Positions 39,349 to 53,000 of a DNA stretch of 64,000 nt are shown piece after piece; the stretch's first letter is position 1; each line of letters starts with the position of its first letter. Below the pieces are notes generated by a model, which did no database searches, had not been told where the DNA came from, and saw only the letters and a list, made by a program, of their open reading frames with translations. A program made the translations under genes and the position numbers. This stretch comes from Batkoa obscura. Its lineage: Eukaryota. Where the stretch lies: contig JASVEC010000010.1 in NCBI GenBank assembly GCA_030770535.1, positions 62,001-126,000 of the forward strand, read 5' to 3'.

Positions 39349-39623
39349 ATATCCTTTCAAAGATATTGTTTAATCAAATAATGAATATTACCATTTGAAT
39401 ATTGTGGATAAACATTGCCTAATTTTTATTGATCAAAATAAAACTGTAACAAATATTGCTCCTACAGTTTAAATCAAATTAACTTTGGGCATCAAGTATT
39501 AAAAAATAATAATGTAATTAGTGAAATTGATTAGAAATTATGGTCTAATCGAACAGAATCTTTTGAAGTCCCCAATGCTCACATGGTTAACTGATTCTTT
39601 TTTAAATTTTCATCTTAATAAGT

Positions 39624-39718
39624 GGGGATGTATCTTGTGGTTAAGAATTTTACTAATAATTTTTTCGCTTAAATAGCGCTTAAAAAATAGAAAAAGTGAA
39701 GTCAAAAAAAACATTCCC
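39624..39718 (-). mobile_element. MITE family copy 14 (reverse orientation)
   Basis: AAGT|GGGGATGTATCTTGTG...AAAAAAAACATTCCC|AAGT; TSD AAGT. Confidence 0.92.
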
Positions 39719-40027
39719 AAGTAGTCAAAGTTTGGTATTTAAAAACATGTTCTATTCTTTTTGTATCGGTTAACTATTTTTATAAAGATATATCAAATAG
39801 TTTAAAGAATAATAAGATGATTTAAATTAATTTTGATACTTTACAATTTATAATTCTACTCTTACATCTTTGTCAGTAAAGTAACTAAACTAAAGCATCA
39901 AAAATTTGTTCTTCAATAAAAAAATAATCGACAAAATCGCAGCTTTAAAAAAGAATATTGAAAAAAATTAAGGAATTTATTTTTAGCATTTTTTTAAACT
40001 ATAAGACGTTAAATAAAACTTCAAATA

Positions 40028-41280
40028 ATGGAAGAATACAAGGGAATAACTATCAAGGGGAAGGAATTAAATTATTATGAATTTCTGGGACTGGATATTA
40101 ATGTTAAAGAAGGAAAAGAGATTACCAAAGCTTATCGAGCCAAATCTTTAATTTATCATCCAGATAAAAATCAAGAAGATCCAGATGCAGGTAATTTATT
40201 TTAGTTATTAATTATTGATTATTAATTATCAGTTATTAATTATCAATTATTAATTATCAATTATTAATTTTAATTTATAGAACAATTATTTGTGTCTTTA
40301 AAAAAAGCATATGATACCTTAAAAGATGAAAATAAAAAAAAAGAATACGATAATTATTTAAAAAACACATTAGAAAAGAAGGAGAGAGTTAGGAGGATGG
40401 ACACTACTCGTAAGAGAAACAAAGATGGTAAATATTTATATTTTTTTATGTGATCCTTTTTTAAATAAAAACGATATTATTTTTTAGATTTGGAAAGAAG
40501 AGAAAGAGAAGCTAAAGAACAAAGGATTTATAAAGAACAACAGCAAAAAAAACAAGAATCAGACGTAAGTTTATTCTATTTTTTATATTCATTTTTTATA
40601 TTAAAAACCTATAGATTGATAGACTGAGAAAAAACTTTGCTGCTGGAGTAAATAATAATCCATCAGAAGCACCCTATCAAACATACGAGAAAGAAGTATT
40701 ACCTGAAATTAAAACGGAAGTAGAATTAATTAGTTTAAAATTAAAAGTATTAGAAAAAGAAATCAAAGCTTCGGATACAAGTATAAAAATTAAATGGTCC
40801 AAAGAGGAGAATATAAATGAAGAAGAATTATATGAATTATTTAATTCTTTTGGTACTGTTGAACATATAATTGGTAATTATAAAAAAAAAGTGCCAAATG
40901 CATTAATATCGTTTACTAATGTTATGGGACCTCATGCTATAATGCAAAATAAGTTAAGAAATGATAAAAGGTTGGAGAAATTCACTGTTTCTTGGGTTAA
41001 CTCGGAAAATAAAGAACCAGAAAGAGTAACTCAAATTATTAAATTAATGGAAGAATTAGAAATTGCTATGAGTAAAGAAAATAATAGTAATAAAAACAAT
41101 AAAAAAAGAAAGAGAAGTGAAATTCCAAAACAACTTTTTAAGGTAAATTGAATTCTAATTCTAATAATTAATTATATAATAATCATTTTATTTTAGAAAA
41201 CAGCTTACCTTTCACTTAACGAACTTGAAACTATGGTTCATTTTAAAGCACAAAGATTTGACCTTAAATATGGACTCTAA
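40028..41280 (+). CDS. CWC23: DnaJ-domain plus RRM-like protein, Cwc23/DNAJC17 family, multi-exon
   Basis: NYYEFLGL...EITKAYRAKSLIYHPDKN...LKKAYDTLKDENKKKEYD, MDTTRKRNKD|DLERRERE, and SIKIKW...ELYELFNSFGTVEHI. Confidence 0.8.
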
Positions 41281-41423
41281 AATATCAAGTAAAGTTATTT
41301 ATCTTATTCTTTTTTTTAAATATATAATCTATAAAATTAAAATTTATTATTATTATAAATTTTATTAATATACAAAATAGAAAATAGAGATATTAAAACT
41401 TAACATTTATTTATTTGTCTGTT

Positions 41424-42863
41424 TCAAGTTAATTGATCTTCCACAGGTATAAAACTTTTCATAGATTCCAAGAGATCTTTAATAACTGCTTTTGAAGTAG
41501 AAGAGGATATAATTTGATACTGATCAAATAAAAATTTATAAACTTGAACTAAATTCAGTTGTTCTTGAGTACCTGCTAATTCTTTTTTATTAAATCCTTT
41601 TAGTTTCTTATTAATTGTATCAGATAAAGTATCAAAAAACAATTTTAATAAATTATTTAGAAATGAATTTAATTCTTGTTCACCTTCAATGAAATAAGAG
41701 CGAAATAATGTTTCTTCATCACGAATAATAATAGTTAAATGAGCGATTCCATCTAAAGTTGATATTATTAAATCGTTATGACAAGCTAGTTGAGTAATAA
41801 ATGAATTTAAACTATTTAATCGAAAGTTTATATAACAATCGAAACAATCTAATAATAAATTATTATAATCATTATTTAACATATATCGACTTTCAATTTC
41901 AAATATTAGTGGTCTTATTTCACTAGCTAAATATCTTAATTTTTGTTGTAAATTATTAATATCATTAATACTAATATTGTTATTGTTATTATTATTGTTA
42001 TTATTATTATTTAATTCTAATTTATTAATACTTTCATAGAAATTTAAATGAATAATAGATAATGCTCTTGTCATACATTGTTGATATTTATCTAAATAAA
42101 GCTTACTATCTTTATAATTTAAATTTAATTTCATAAAATTAATACAGTTGTCTAATAAATATAAAGTAGGTTTAAATTGAGAATGATAACACATATCTGT
42201 ACCTGGAGAAGATAAAAATTGATAAATTGGTGTTAATTGATTAAAATAAACTAATTCTTTTTCTATTATTTCTATTTTATTTATTAATGTTTCATTTTCT
42301 TGAATAATATCAAAACAAATCTGTTGTATACTTTGATTATTAATTTCCATTTTTTGATATTGTTTTGTTAAATTATCACTTGTTTCTTGAAGTTGCAATA
42401 TGTTTTTTTTAATCTTTTGAATCTTTTCAATATACAAATTTAATTGATTAATATACGATTGATAAATATCTTCTTTTCCTTGAAATAAATAAGGTTCTAA
42501 ATTATTAAACCAAAGCTGAAATGCTTGAATGGAGTTAATTTCTTTAGTTGGTAAAAACATAGAATTACTTAAACTTATTTCATTATTTGTATCAGATAAT
42601 GGTGATTTTGATAAATTGGGGCTTATTGAGTTTACTAGTTTTGGCGTAAGAGTTGTAGTTGGTATATTTAAAAATGGGGAGCCTGTTAAACTTCGAATGT
42701 CAGTAGTAATATCTTTAATAACTTCTTCAGGGATAGGGGGTTCTGAGTACAAACTATCGATATATTCTAAAGATTGAAGATGATCTGAACTTAATTTAAT
42801 TTCATTAAATATGTCTTCAAATAAATTATTTTGTTTATTTTGTTTATTTTGTTTATCTATCAT
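41424..42863 (-). CDS. COG3: Conserved oligomeric Golgi complex subunit 3 (Sec34 domain), unusually short (479 aa), intronless
   Basis: FQLWF, ELVYFNQLTPIYQFLSSPG, LDNCINFMKLNLNYKDSKLYLDKYQQCMTRAL, IRPLIFEIESR, LLLDCFDCYINFR, and DEETLFRSYF. Confidence 0.8.
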   Translation of the reverse strand: MIDKQNKQNKQNNLFEDIFNEIKLSSDHLQSLEYIDSLYSEPPIPEEVIKDITTDIRSLTGSPFLNIPTTTLTPKLVNSISPNLSKSPLSDTNNEISLSNSMFLPTKEINSIQAFQLWFNNLEPYLFQGKEDIYQSYINQLNLYIEKIQKIKKNILQLQETSDNLTKQYQKMEINNQSIQQICFDIIQENETLINKIEIIEKELVYFNQLTPIYQFLSSPGTDMCYHSQFKPTLYLLDNCINFMKLNLNYKDSKLYLDKYQQCMTRALSIIHLNFYESINKLELNNNNNNNNNNNNISINDINNLQQKLRYLASEIRPLIFEIESRYMLNNDYNNLLLDCFDCYINFRLNSLNSFITQLACHNDLIISTLDGIAHLTIIIRDEETLFRSYFIEGEQELNSFLNNLLKLFFDTLSDTINKKLKGFNKKELAGTQEQLNLVQVYKFLFDQYQIISSSTSKAVIKDLLESMKSFIPVEDQLT

Positions 42864-43027
42864 TTTTTATTAATTTTACTCAATTGTTAATTTGAATTCT
42901 TACAAATGAAAAAGCTTACAATTAGATATTTTATTCGTCATTATTGAAATCAGATTGAAATTAATAATTTTATGCAAAAAAAGAATTCCATTCAAAAAGT
43001 TTATTTTACTAAATATTAACTTTACTA

Positions 43028-43366
43028 ATGTTAGCTCATCTTAAAGCAATATCAACAAGCTATCGTATCTTTCAACTTCCGTTACTTAATTGCAAATTTT
43101 ATACAAAAACAAGTATTATGTGTGAAAAGAAATCAAATTTACCATTAGGATTACCTAGTATAGAAGATACAACTAATGAACAAAAAGATACAACGGTTAA
43201 ATTAAATGATTTAGGACCAGTAATTATTAATGTTGATGGTACTATATCAAGAGTTAATAATTGGAATGCAATGAGTGATATAGAAAAAGAAACATTTAAT
43301 CGATTAATATTAAAACGTAATAAAGAGAGATTAAATCTATTAAAAGATAAACAAAATTTAAATTAA
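43028..43366 (+). CDS. Small conserved hypothetical protein with possible mitochondrial presequence
   Basis: Intact 112-aa ORF with an Arg/Ser/Thr-rich, acid-free N-terminus. The motif LGPVIINVDGTISRVNNWNAMSDIEKE...KRNKERL is recalled from a fungal uncharacterised family. Confidence 0.75.
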   Translation: MLAHLKAISTSYRIFQLPLLNCKFYTKTSIMCEKKSNLPLGLPSIEDTTNEQKDTTVKLNDLGPVIINVDGTISRVNNWNAMSDIEKETFNRLILKRNKERLNLLKDKQNLN

Positions 43367-43792
43367 AAATAAAAAATAAAAATAGATTATTTCTATTAAT
43401 TTCAATTTACTTATTTTTAATTTAAATTCTATTCTTTTTATTCATATTTAAAATTTATTTGTTAATTGTTTGAAATACTTTTTATTTGTTAGATATTATC
43501 ACATATTAATTGAAAAAATAATGGATTAAGGGTAAACTTAAAACGGAGTGAATATTATTTTGTATTTCAAAAGGGTTGGAAGGAGGAGTAGGGAAGAGCG
43601 AGTGAGGTTAAGCTAAAAATAGTCAAGAAAAAAAATGATATTATACTATAATGAAGAGAATATTCTTTGTATCCCAAAGAAATGAGGAAGTGAGTGAGTG
43701 TATGTGATTGAGACTAGTTAAAAATAGTTAAATGGTTGATTGGAGATTATATTATAATTATAATTTTTGATTTTATAAAATATCAAATGAAA

Positions 43793-44902
43793 TTATTTAA
43801 TAGTTGGATAACAAGAACCTAATTTACGTTGTCCCATAGATTGAAAAGAATGAACTATAATAGCTGTTTCAATACCTGAAAATGAAGCAGATATTTTTTC
43901 TTGTTCAGTAAGGAAACAAAGGGTATATAAAGCCATTTCAAATTCAGGTGATGTACCGATAAATCCAGAAGAAATAGGCTTAGAACAATTTTTCCAAGTG
44001 AATTTGGTTTGTAATAAATGTTCTTTCCCATTTGGATTTTGTAAGGGATGAGAATGATGAGGTGCTACATAACCATGATAATTAAGTCGATTAGCTTTTT
44101 CTTCATAATAAAAATAAATCCAATTATGAAACCCTAAGATTTCTTCATTTCTGGTTTCTCCTAAAAATACATGTTCAAAAGCAGAAGAATCATTCTTTGT
44201 TTCTCTTTTATATAATTTAAACCAAATATCATACATCATACGTTGAAAACTAGTGGGATCCCCACTGCATAATCTTTTAGCTACTAAATATTGATGTAAA
44301 TACATACCAGGTTTAGTGGATGCAAAAGCTTTTAAAAATTGTTCCATTTCCCCAATTTCCTTAGTTCCAAAGCTTTCTTCAATTCCAGTAGAACTATTAT
44401 AATTATCTAATAAATCATAGAAATATTTGTAAGTTGGAATGGTAAGGATACGTGACTCATTAACATATCGAAATAATTTCTGGGAGCCTGAATCTCCGGT
44501 TCTAGAATTTTTTAAATATAACTCATACTAAAAACAATTAACAAATTTAAAATATTTAATAAATAAACTTACGTCTAAACCAGGATTAAGTCGATTACTA
44601 TCTAAATTCCATAATTTTTCAATTGCTAATCGAATATTAGAAAGTTCATCTGAAGTTGGGTTAATTTGAGCTTGAGAAGAGTTAGAAGATACACTTGAAG
44701 TTGGATAACTAGTAGGCTTTTGAATCGGAGTAGGTTTATAATTAGCTTGACTATTATCATGCCATTCACCTAAAGGTATATCATTTAATGTTGGATAGAT
44801 TTGTTTATTTGGTTTAGTTGCTTGAGAATAAGAATAATTATTATTATCTTCATTGTTTGATGAACAACATAACGATTTTAGTAACCCTGATAAAAAATCC
44901 AT
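43793..44902 (-). CDS. EndoU/XendoU poly(U)-specific endoribonuclease; intron 44572-44528
   Basis: LWNLDSNRLNPGLD|YEL, PTYKYFYDLLDNY, IWFKLY, SSAFEHVFLGE, GFHNWIYFY, and KPISSGFIGTSPEFEMALYTLCF. Both catalytic His motifs and the Lys are present. Confidence 0.92.
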
Positions 44903-45484
44903 CTTTCTTCTATAAAAACGTATTAAAGAAATTAAGTTTATTAACAATGAAAACTATTGTTGTTTGATTTCTCTTTTTTAAATAAATAAAATTGATACAA
45001 GTGTTTATTTATGACTAAAATAATACTAATATCGAAATAGTTGCCCCAGATCTTTATAGCCACTGTGTGATTTGAACCAATTAAAAATCAAGAACTTTAA
45101 TGACTTCCAATCAAATTCAAAAAGAAACCTTGGCCAAAGGTTTAGTTCCAATTTAAGACAAAACTTAACAATTCAAATTGAAACTTATTGGATCAAAATC
45201 AAAATAATAGTATAAAAATATATTTAAATATCCAATTATTATTAATATTATCAATAATAACTTTTAAAAACTATCAAATCCTAAATCCAAATATCTTACC
45301 TCTAAACCCCTTTTTTGATAATTAATTGATATCAGCCAATCATCTGTTGCTATTAATAGTTTCTAGCTTAAATATTTACCAATTAAATTCATTTCAATAA
45401 AAAAATTAAGCCTAATTCAATATTAAAACACATGCAAAAGAACCTAAATCAATAATTTGATATTGGAGTATTGATTTCACTTGG

Positions 45485-45521
45485 CCTTATACTGAGATCA
45501 ACAACCTTATACTGAGATCAA
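45485..45521. repeat. Short tandem direct duplication, CCTTATACTGAGATCAA x2 (20-bp period)
   Basis: ccttatactgagatcaa-caa-ccttatactgagatcaa. Confidence 0.9.
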
Positions 45522-45961
45522 TAATGTTGTATATTATTGAATTAAAATCTAGATGAAATAATTTGAACATTAATATTAAGTCTATCTACTTTATTTTTTA
45601 ACAAAATAATATTATTCTAGCCTACTATTATATATATTTTTAGACAAAACTTCAAGCTATTAATTTTATCGATAATAAAGTTCTTTATTAAATCATAATC
45701 TTTAAACATATCTATGTTAGTCATGACATCTAGTATACTAATATTTATAATATCTGAGTAACGGATGAGTTTTATATAAGAGTGATACTTAACGATATTT
45801 GTAAGAATAGAATCAATTATAATTTTGACGTAATGTTTGAAAATTGCAAAATAAAAATAGCATAATTACATTCCAAAACAGTAGTATAATATAAAATTAA
45901 TAACATATTAAATAATAATAATTTCCAATTTCTAAAATTATCAATGTTATAATTAGTATCA

Positions 45962-46574
45962 ATGACTTACAAAATTGACAATATACTAAAATTAATATTA
46001 AAACTATTAAGTTATTCACCGATATTGCTATTTTTTTTATTAATACCAAAATGGTTGACTTGTTTATGGCACTTTGATTTATTAATCGGAGCTGTTAATA
46101 ATGCAGTACTTAGTTATTTTTTGAAGGGGATTATAAAGTCAAAAAGGCCTGGGAGTAAGAGCTTTAGTTATTAGTTAGTATGGAGATATTTATTTGTATT
46201 TAGTTAAAAACAGATCGAGTTATGGTATGCCTTCAAGTCATTCTGCTTTTATTGGTTATATCTGGTCTTTTCTATTTCTAGAAGAATATAATAATAAAAT
46301 AGAAAGGTAGATTAACTATAAGCATGTTATATATATTCTAATATCGCATTTAGTATAAAATTAAATAATCGAATAATATTACTACTATGGGGATTATCAG
46401 TTATTTATTCTAGGTATTGTTCAAATAGTATTTTTTTTTAAATAGTTCTATTAATATTATTTAAGGTATCACTTTAAACACCATACTATTGTTCAATTAT
46501 TAGTTGGTATACTTACCGGTAGTTTGTTGGCCTTTTTTTGGACAAACATCAAGCTATCATCGATTATAATTTAA
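45962..46574 (+). CDS. PAP2-family lipid phosphatase, divergent dolichyl-pyrophosphatase-like paralogue (4 exons)
   Basis: C1 LKGIIKSKRP, C2 YGMPSSHS, and C3 YSR|YHFKHHTIVQLLVG. Confidence 0.82.
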
Positions 46575-46727
46575 TTCAATTCAATTTAATTTGATTTAAT
46601 TTAATCTAATAGATTGAATTTATAACTAAATACAAAATTGCATCAAAGATAATCAGTAAAAAATAGACAACACATTCATATATTCATTACTTGTTAATGA
46701 TTTGTTTACTTTCTTTTTTATTATTAT

Positions 46728-47559
46728 TTATTGTCTTTTACTTTTGTTTTTAGTAATTGATTCATATTCCATTTTCCAAATATTATCACTATCTCTTGAA
46801 TCTCGAATGTAGAAAGATTGACAAATTTCGAATTGTTGAATATTATCAAAAAATGAACTAGTTCTAATTACTTTTTCAACAATGATATCCCATAAGATAC
46901 CAAACAAATTGCCTATTATATACCCTATAATCACTTGTTTTTGAGTGTGATAATTTAAATAAACTCTATATAAAACAAAATTATATATTAATGCATTGTC
47001 ATAGTACTTAATTAATATTTACCTTGAATAACAAACCAATAAACTCCATAAAATCAACCCAGTGGATATTATAGTATAATATAAATTATTTCTACTTTTT
47101 AATCTTTAAAACAATCATTAATTAAACAGGTAAGTGAATAAAATAGAATAAAATTACCTAAACCAAAGATAGATCATTGAATACATACAAGTGTAACCCA
47201 CAAACATGGCATGAGAACTAGGCATACCATGCCCTTTACCTAAGAAATCTAAATTTCAAAAATCAATACCACTTTCATATACCTTTATTTCAAATATTAA
47301 TAAACTCACCAGTAGGCCTATTTTCTTTGATTATTCTTTTCAATACAAAGTTGACTCCTTCGTTAATCAATTGCCCTAAAAACATCAACATAACAGCAAA
47401 TTCACGACGAGAGATGGCAATAGATACATAGGCTACTAAGATTGCTAATGGTGATAAAGTTAAATAGGCTAATAACTTGCCAATGATATCTTGGTGATTG
47501 TATTGTACATGAGTTAAGGAAATGGTAGCTAGACTATTGTTAACTATATTGTCAGCCAT
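46728..47559 (-). CDS. CAX4: Dolichyl pyrophosphate phosphatase (Cax4/Cwh8/DOLPP1), 4 exons
   Basis: SLTHVQY...GKLLAYLTLSPL, GQLINEGVNFVLKRIIKENRP, GHGMPSSHAMF, YSR|VYLNYHTQKQVIIG, and FYIRD. Confidence 0.93.
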
Positions 47560-47886
47560 TTTTTATAAAACTAAGACTTCAAAAAAAGAGAATTCATTAA
47601 TTGAACTAACTGTCCAATTTGGTCTAAAAAAATTGAATGGAATTTTATTAGAATTAATGAAATATTAATAATGTTAAAAAATAAGTACTTTTAGAAATTA
47701 TGTTTTAACATAAAACATCACCTATTTGTTGTTTTTATTTAATACTTAATACTTAACTATTTATTCGAAACAATTCTATCATATACTACTTTTAATACTT
47801 TAAAAATAAAATAAATAAAATCAAAAAGTAAATTCTTTAACCTAATATAATTAATTTTATATCAAACAAATACTAAACCGTCACAT

Positions 47887-49783
<1,897 letters not shown>

Positions 49784-50709
49784 TATTTTTTTTAATAATT
49801 TGATAATTTTGATTTCTTACAACTTTCAAAGTTAAAATTTTAAATGATTGAGATATTTCTAATTTTCACGTTTTATAATTTAAGCTTTTTTGTGCTCATT
49901 TTTTGCAAGCAATTTTGCATAGCTTAGTGCTATGATTACCACATATTCTTCTATTAACAACTATTAATCGAACCCCGTAATGTTTAGAGTAACAAATCTG
50001 TTAAACATTGTCGGATTTTAAAGCGTTAGATCATTTCTATCCATTTTCTATCTCTTTAGATTAGTTTAATTATTATGTAAGTTTATTATAACACTGATCA
50101 AAAGTTCGCTATCAGCAACTTGAAAAAACCGATGTTTTTAATAAAAATGTACTTATTGATATCAAAAATAGCTAGCTACATGTTATCAAATGATAGTTTT
50201 AATGGCACATATGAAGTTTTAAACTTTCTATACAAAAAAAGTAGAATTTTAGTTATTGACTATATTGATTTTAGATTACAAAATAAAACTAAAAATAATT
50301 AGTTATAAATCCTAACCAATCATCATAATTTTGGATTTTCAGCAAATGAAATTGGAAAAATTGAAATATAGGAGGAATAGTTTTGAATTGTATATTGCAA
50401 CATTTTATTTGAAATAAAATAATTTTTATTAAATTTTAATAGTATTATTTGGCATCAATTATTTATAATGTATAAAAAATCCCCGCTATTGATTGATCTA
50501 AAACATTTTATAAATCTTATAAATCTTTATAAATCTCTAAAAAAATCTAGCTCTAAATTAAGAATATTGACAAATAGAACTTAACCAATGATAAAAAATA
50601 GGCTAAATGATTTGAATTCAAAAAAGGAAGTCGAGAAATTTAATGACGTGAGTATAAAACGAGTTAAAACTTACAAACACTCATTAAATTTATTACTTTT
50701 TATTTAAAG

Positions 50710-51882
50710 ATGTCGGATCACACTCAAACCAATATTATTACTTTAACTAGACATATCGTCACTGCCCAAAATAAAATTAAAGAAGCTTCAGGTGATTTAA
50801 CTTTATTATTAGCTGCTATTCAAGTCGGTTGTAAATTTGTTGAAGCCTGCGTACGTAAAGCTTCTTTAGTTTATCTGTAAGTTTAATAGAAAATCTGTTA
50901 AGTAGTATATTTGATATCTAATATTTCATTATAGTACCGGTTTAGCAGGTATGCAAAATGTACAAGGAGAAGATGTTAAAAAATTAGATGTATTAGCCAA
51001 TGAAATATTTATTCAAAACTTAAAAGCAAGTGGTAAATGTAAAGTGTTAGTAAGTGAAGAAGATGATGAGGCTATTTTTATTGAAGGAGAAGCTGGATGC
51101 AAATATTGTGTTGTTTTTGATCCTTTAGATGGTTCTTCAAATATTGATGCTGGTGTTAATGTTGGTACTATCTTTGGTATCTATCTTGTTAAACCAGGCT
51201 CCAATGGTACTGTTGAAGACGTACTTCGTCCTGGTAATGAAATGGTAGCTGCCGGTTATTGTATGTATGGCTCTTCTTGTAACTTAGTATTAACTACTGG
51301 TCAAGGTGTTAATGGCTTTACTCTTGATCCGGTAATAATTTCCGCTTTTTTATTTTTTTATTCTTTATTAATTAAATTTTTAGGCTATTGGTGAATTTGT
51401 TCTCACTCATCCAGACGTAAGTAATTATTTTAAAGTAATTTTTATATTCATTTGTAATTCTGTTTTAGATTAAAATCCCATCTCGTGGTAAAATTTACTC
51501 TGTAAATGAAGGTAATGCTGCTTATTGGGATAAACCATGCACAGAATACTTCAATAGTATTAAATTTCCTGAATCCTCAAAGAAACCATATTCATCCCGT
51601 TATATTGGCTCTATGGTAGCTGATGTTCATCGTACATTATTATATGGAGGTATCTTTGCCTATCCAGGAGATAAAAAATCACCTAATGGTAAATTACGTA
51701 TATTATATGAATGTTTTCCAATGGCTATGATTATGGAACAAGCTGGTGGTAAAGCTACTACTGGGGATTTACGTATGTTGGATTTTGTTCCTAAAGGGAT
51801 TCACGATCGTTCCCCTATCTTTATGGGTTCTAAAGAAGACGTTGAAGACATTGAAGCTTTCTACAAGAAATTTTCAAATTAA
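50710..51882 (+). CDS. FBP1: Fructose-1,6-bisphosphatase class I, 4 exons
   Basis: [56 protein letters not shown], and [13 protein letters not shown]. Confidence 0.98.
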
Positions 51883-52661
51883 AAATAAGTTAATTGTTTA
51901 TGATTTAGCTTTAATAATAGTTGTATTTAATTATGCTATTGCATATATACCTTGTAAAATAGGTCAAGTATTATAAAAGTGTAAGTCAATATTTTCATTT
52001 TGTTTAATTTAATAAACAAAATAGAAGTCATTAAAATATTTCAATTATTCCAATGTACTTACAAAATCTATGCTAATGTTTTGTACAATATTAAGAATCG
52101 ATAACTAAGAATTAAAGTTAAAGTATAATAGTTTAATATAGTAGTCTATATCATAGTTTAATATAATGGCTTAATATGATAGTTTACAATTTAATTTTTG
52201 TAAATGAATTTTTTAAAGAATTTGAATTAGTAATAAAAGGTTAAATAAATCCGCAAGTTGAAGAATCATCATGTGAATATTGTTTATCAAGCTTTTTAGT
52301 ACTTTCATTGAAAACATAACCTTATATTAGCATACAAAACATAATGTCCTTTTTGTTTCATTGTTTTGGTTAATTTTGTATAGTATAAGTTCGAAAAAAA
52401 TTAAGTCAAAATTAAAAAAACAATTCTCATATGGAAAATTTTGTTTCATTGTTATCTACTTTTTGGTCAACAGTTCTAAAAAAAAGCTACTAGTTCAGTG
52501 TCATAATAAAAATAATACCTTTAAAAATTTTATTTACAAAATTTAATGAATACCTTCAAGTTTGATTTACAAACATATTGAATAATTATAAAGAAGTTAA
52601 ACTATAGAATATAATTTTTGATTCATTATATTAACTATAACTCCATACTTTGATGGTCACA

Positions 52662-52821
52662 ACACCAATACGTCAATGCACTCAACTTAGTTTAAACATT
52701 TGAAAAATAGAAAAGGATAAACTAAACATTCTAAAATTTAAGAAAGATTATTGGTTGAGATTAAAAGAAATGACAAATTAAATTCACATGAAAGAGTTAG
52801 ACACCAATTCCAACGTCAATG
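52662..52821 (+). promoter_or_regulatory. Twice-repeated CCAAT + ACGTCA (CRE-half-like) composite upstream of FOX2
   Basis: ACACCAATACGTCAATG at 52662-52678 and ACACCAATTCCAACGTCAATG at 52801-52821. Confidence 0.45.
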
Positions 52822-53000
52822 AATTTTAAAAGCCAATAAAATTTAATAAATAAAATTGGTTTGCTGAAAATAAGAAGTATTATTGATTCAAATAAAAGTC
52901 ACACTCACACGGAAAATGAAGCCTTAAAATAAATATAAAAACTATCATTTTTACTATTTTTTTATATTTTATTTCAAATTCAATTATTGTATATTTATAA

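Noticed and set aside
37491..39722. Repeat cluster read as a CRISPR-like array
   Set aside because: Units are about 98 bp, irregularly spaced, in both orientations, and carry TIRs and TSDs. The context is eukaryotic with no cas genes.
45125..45143. Near-palindrome AAACCTTGGCCAAAGGTTT
   Set aside because: Single short occurrence with no supporting context.
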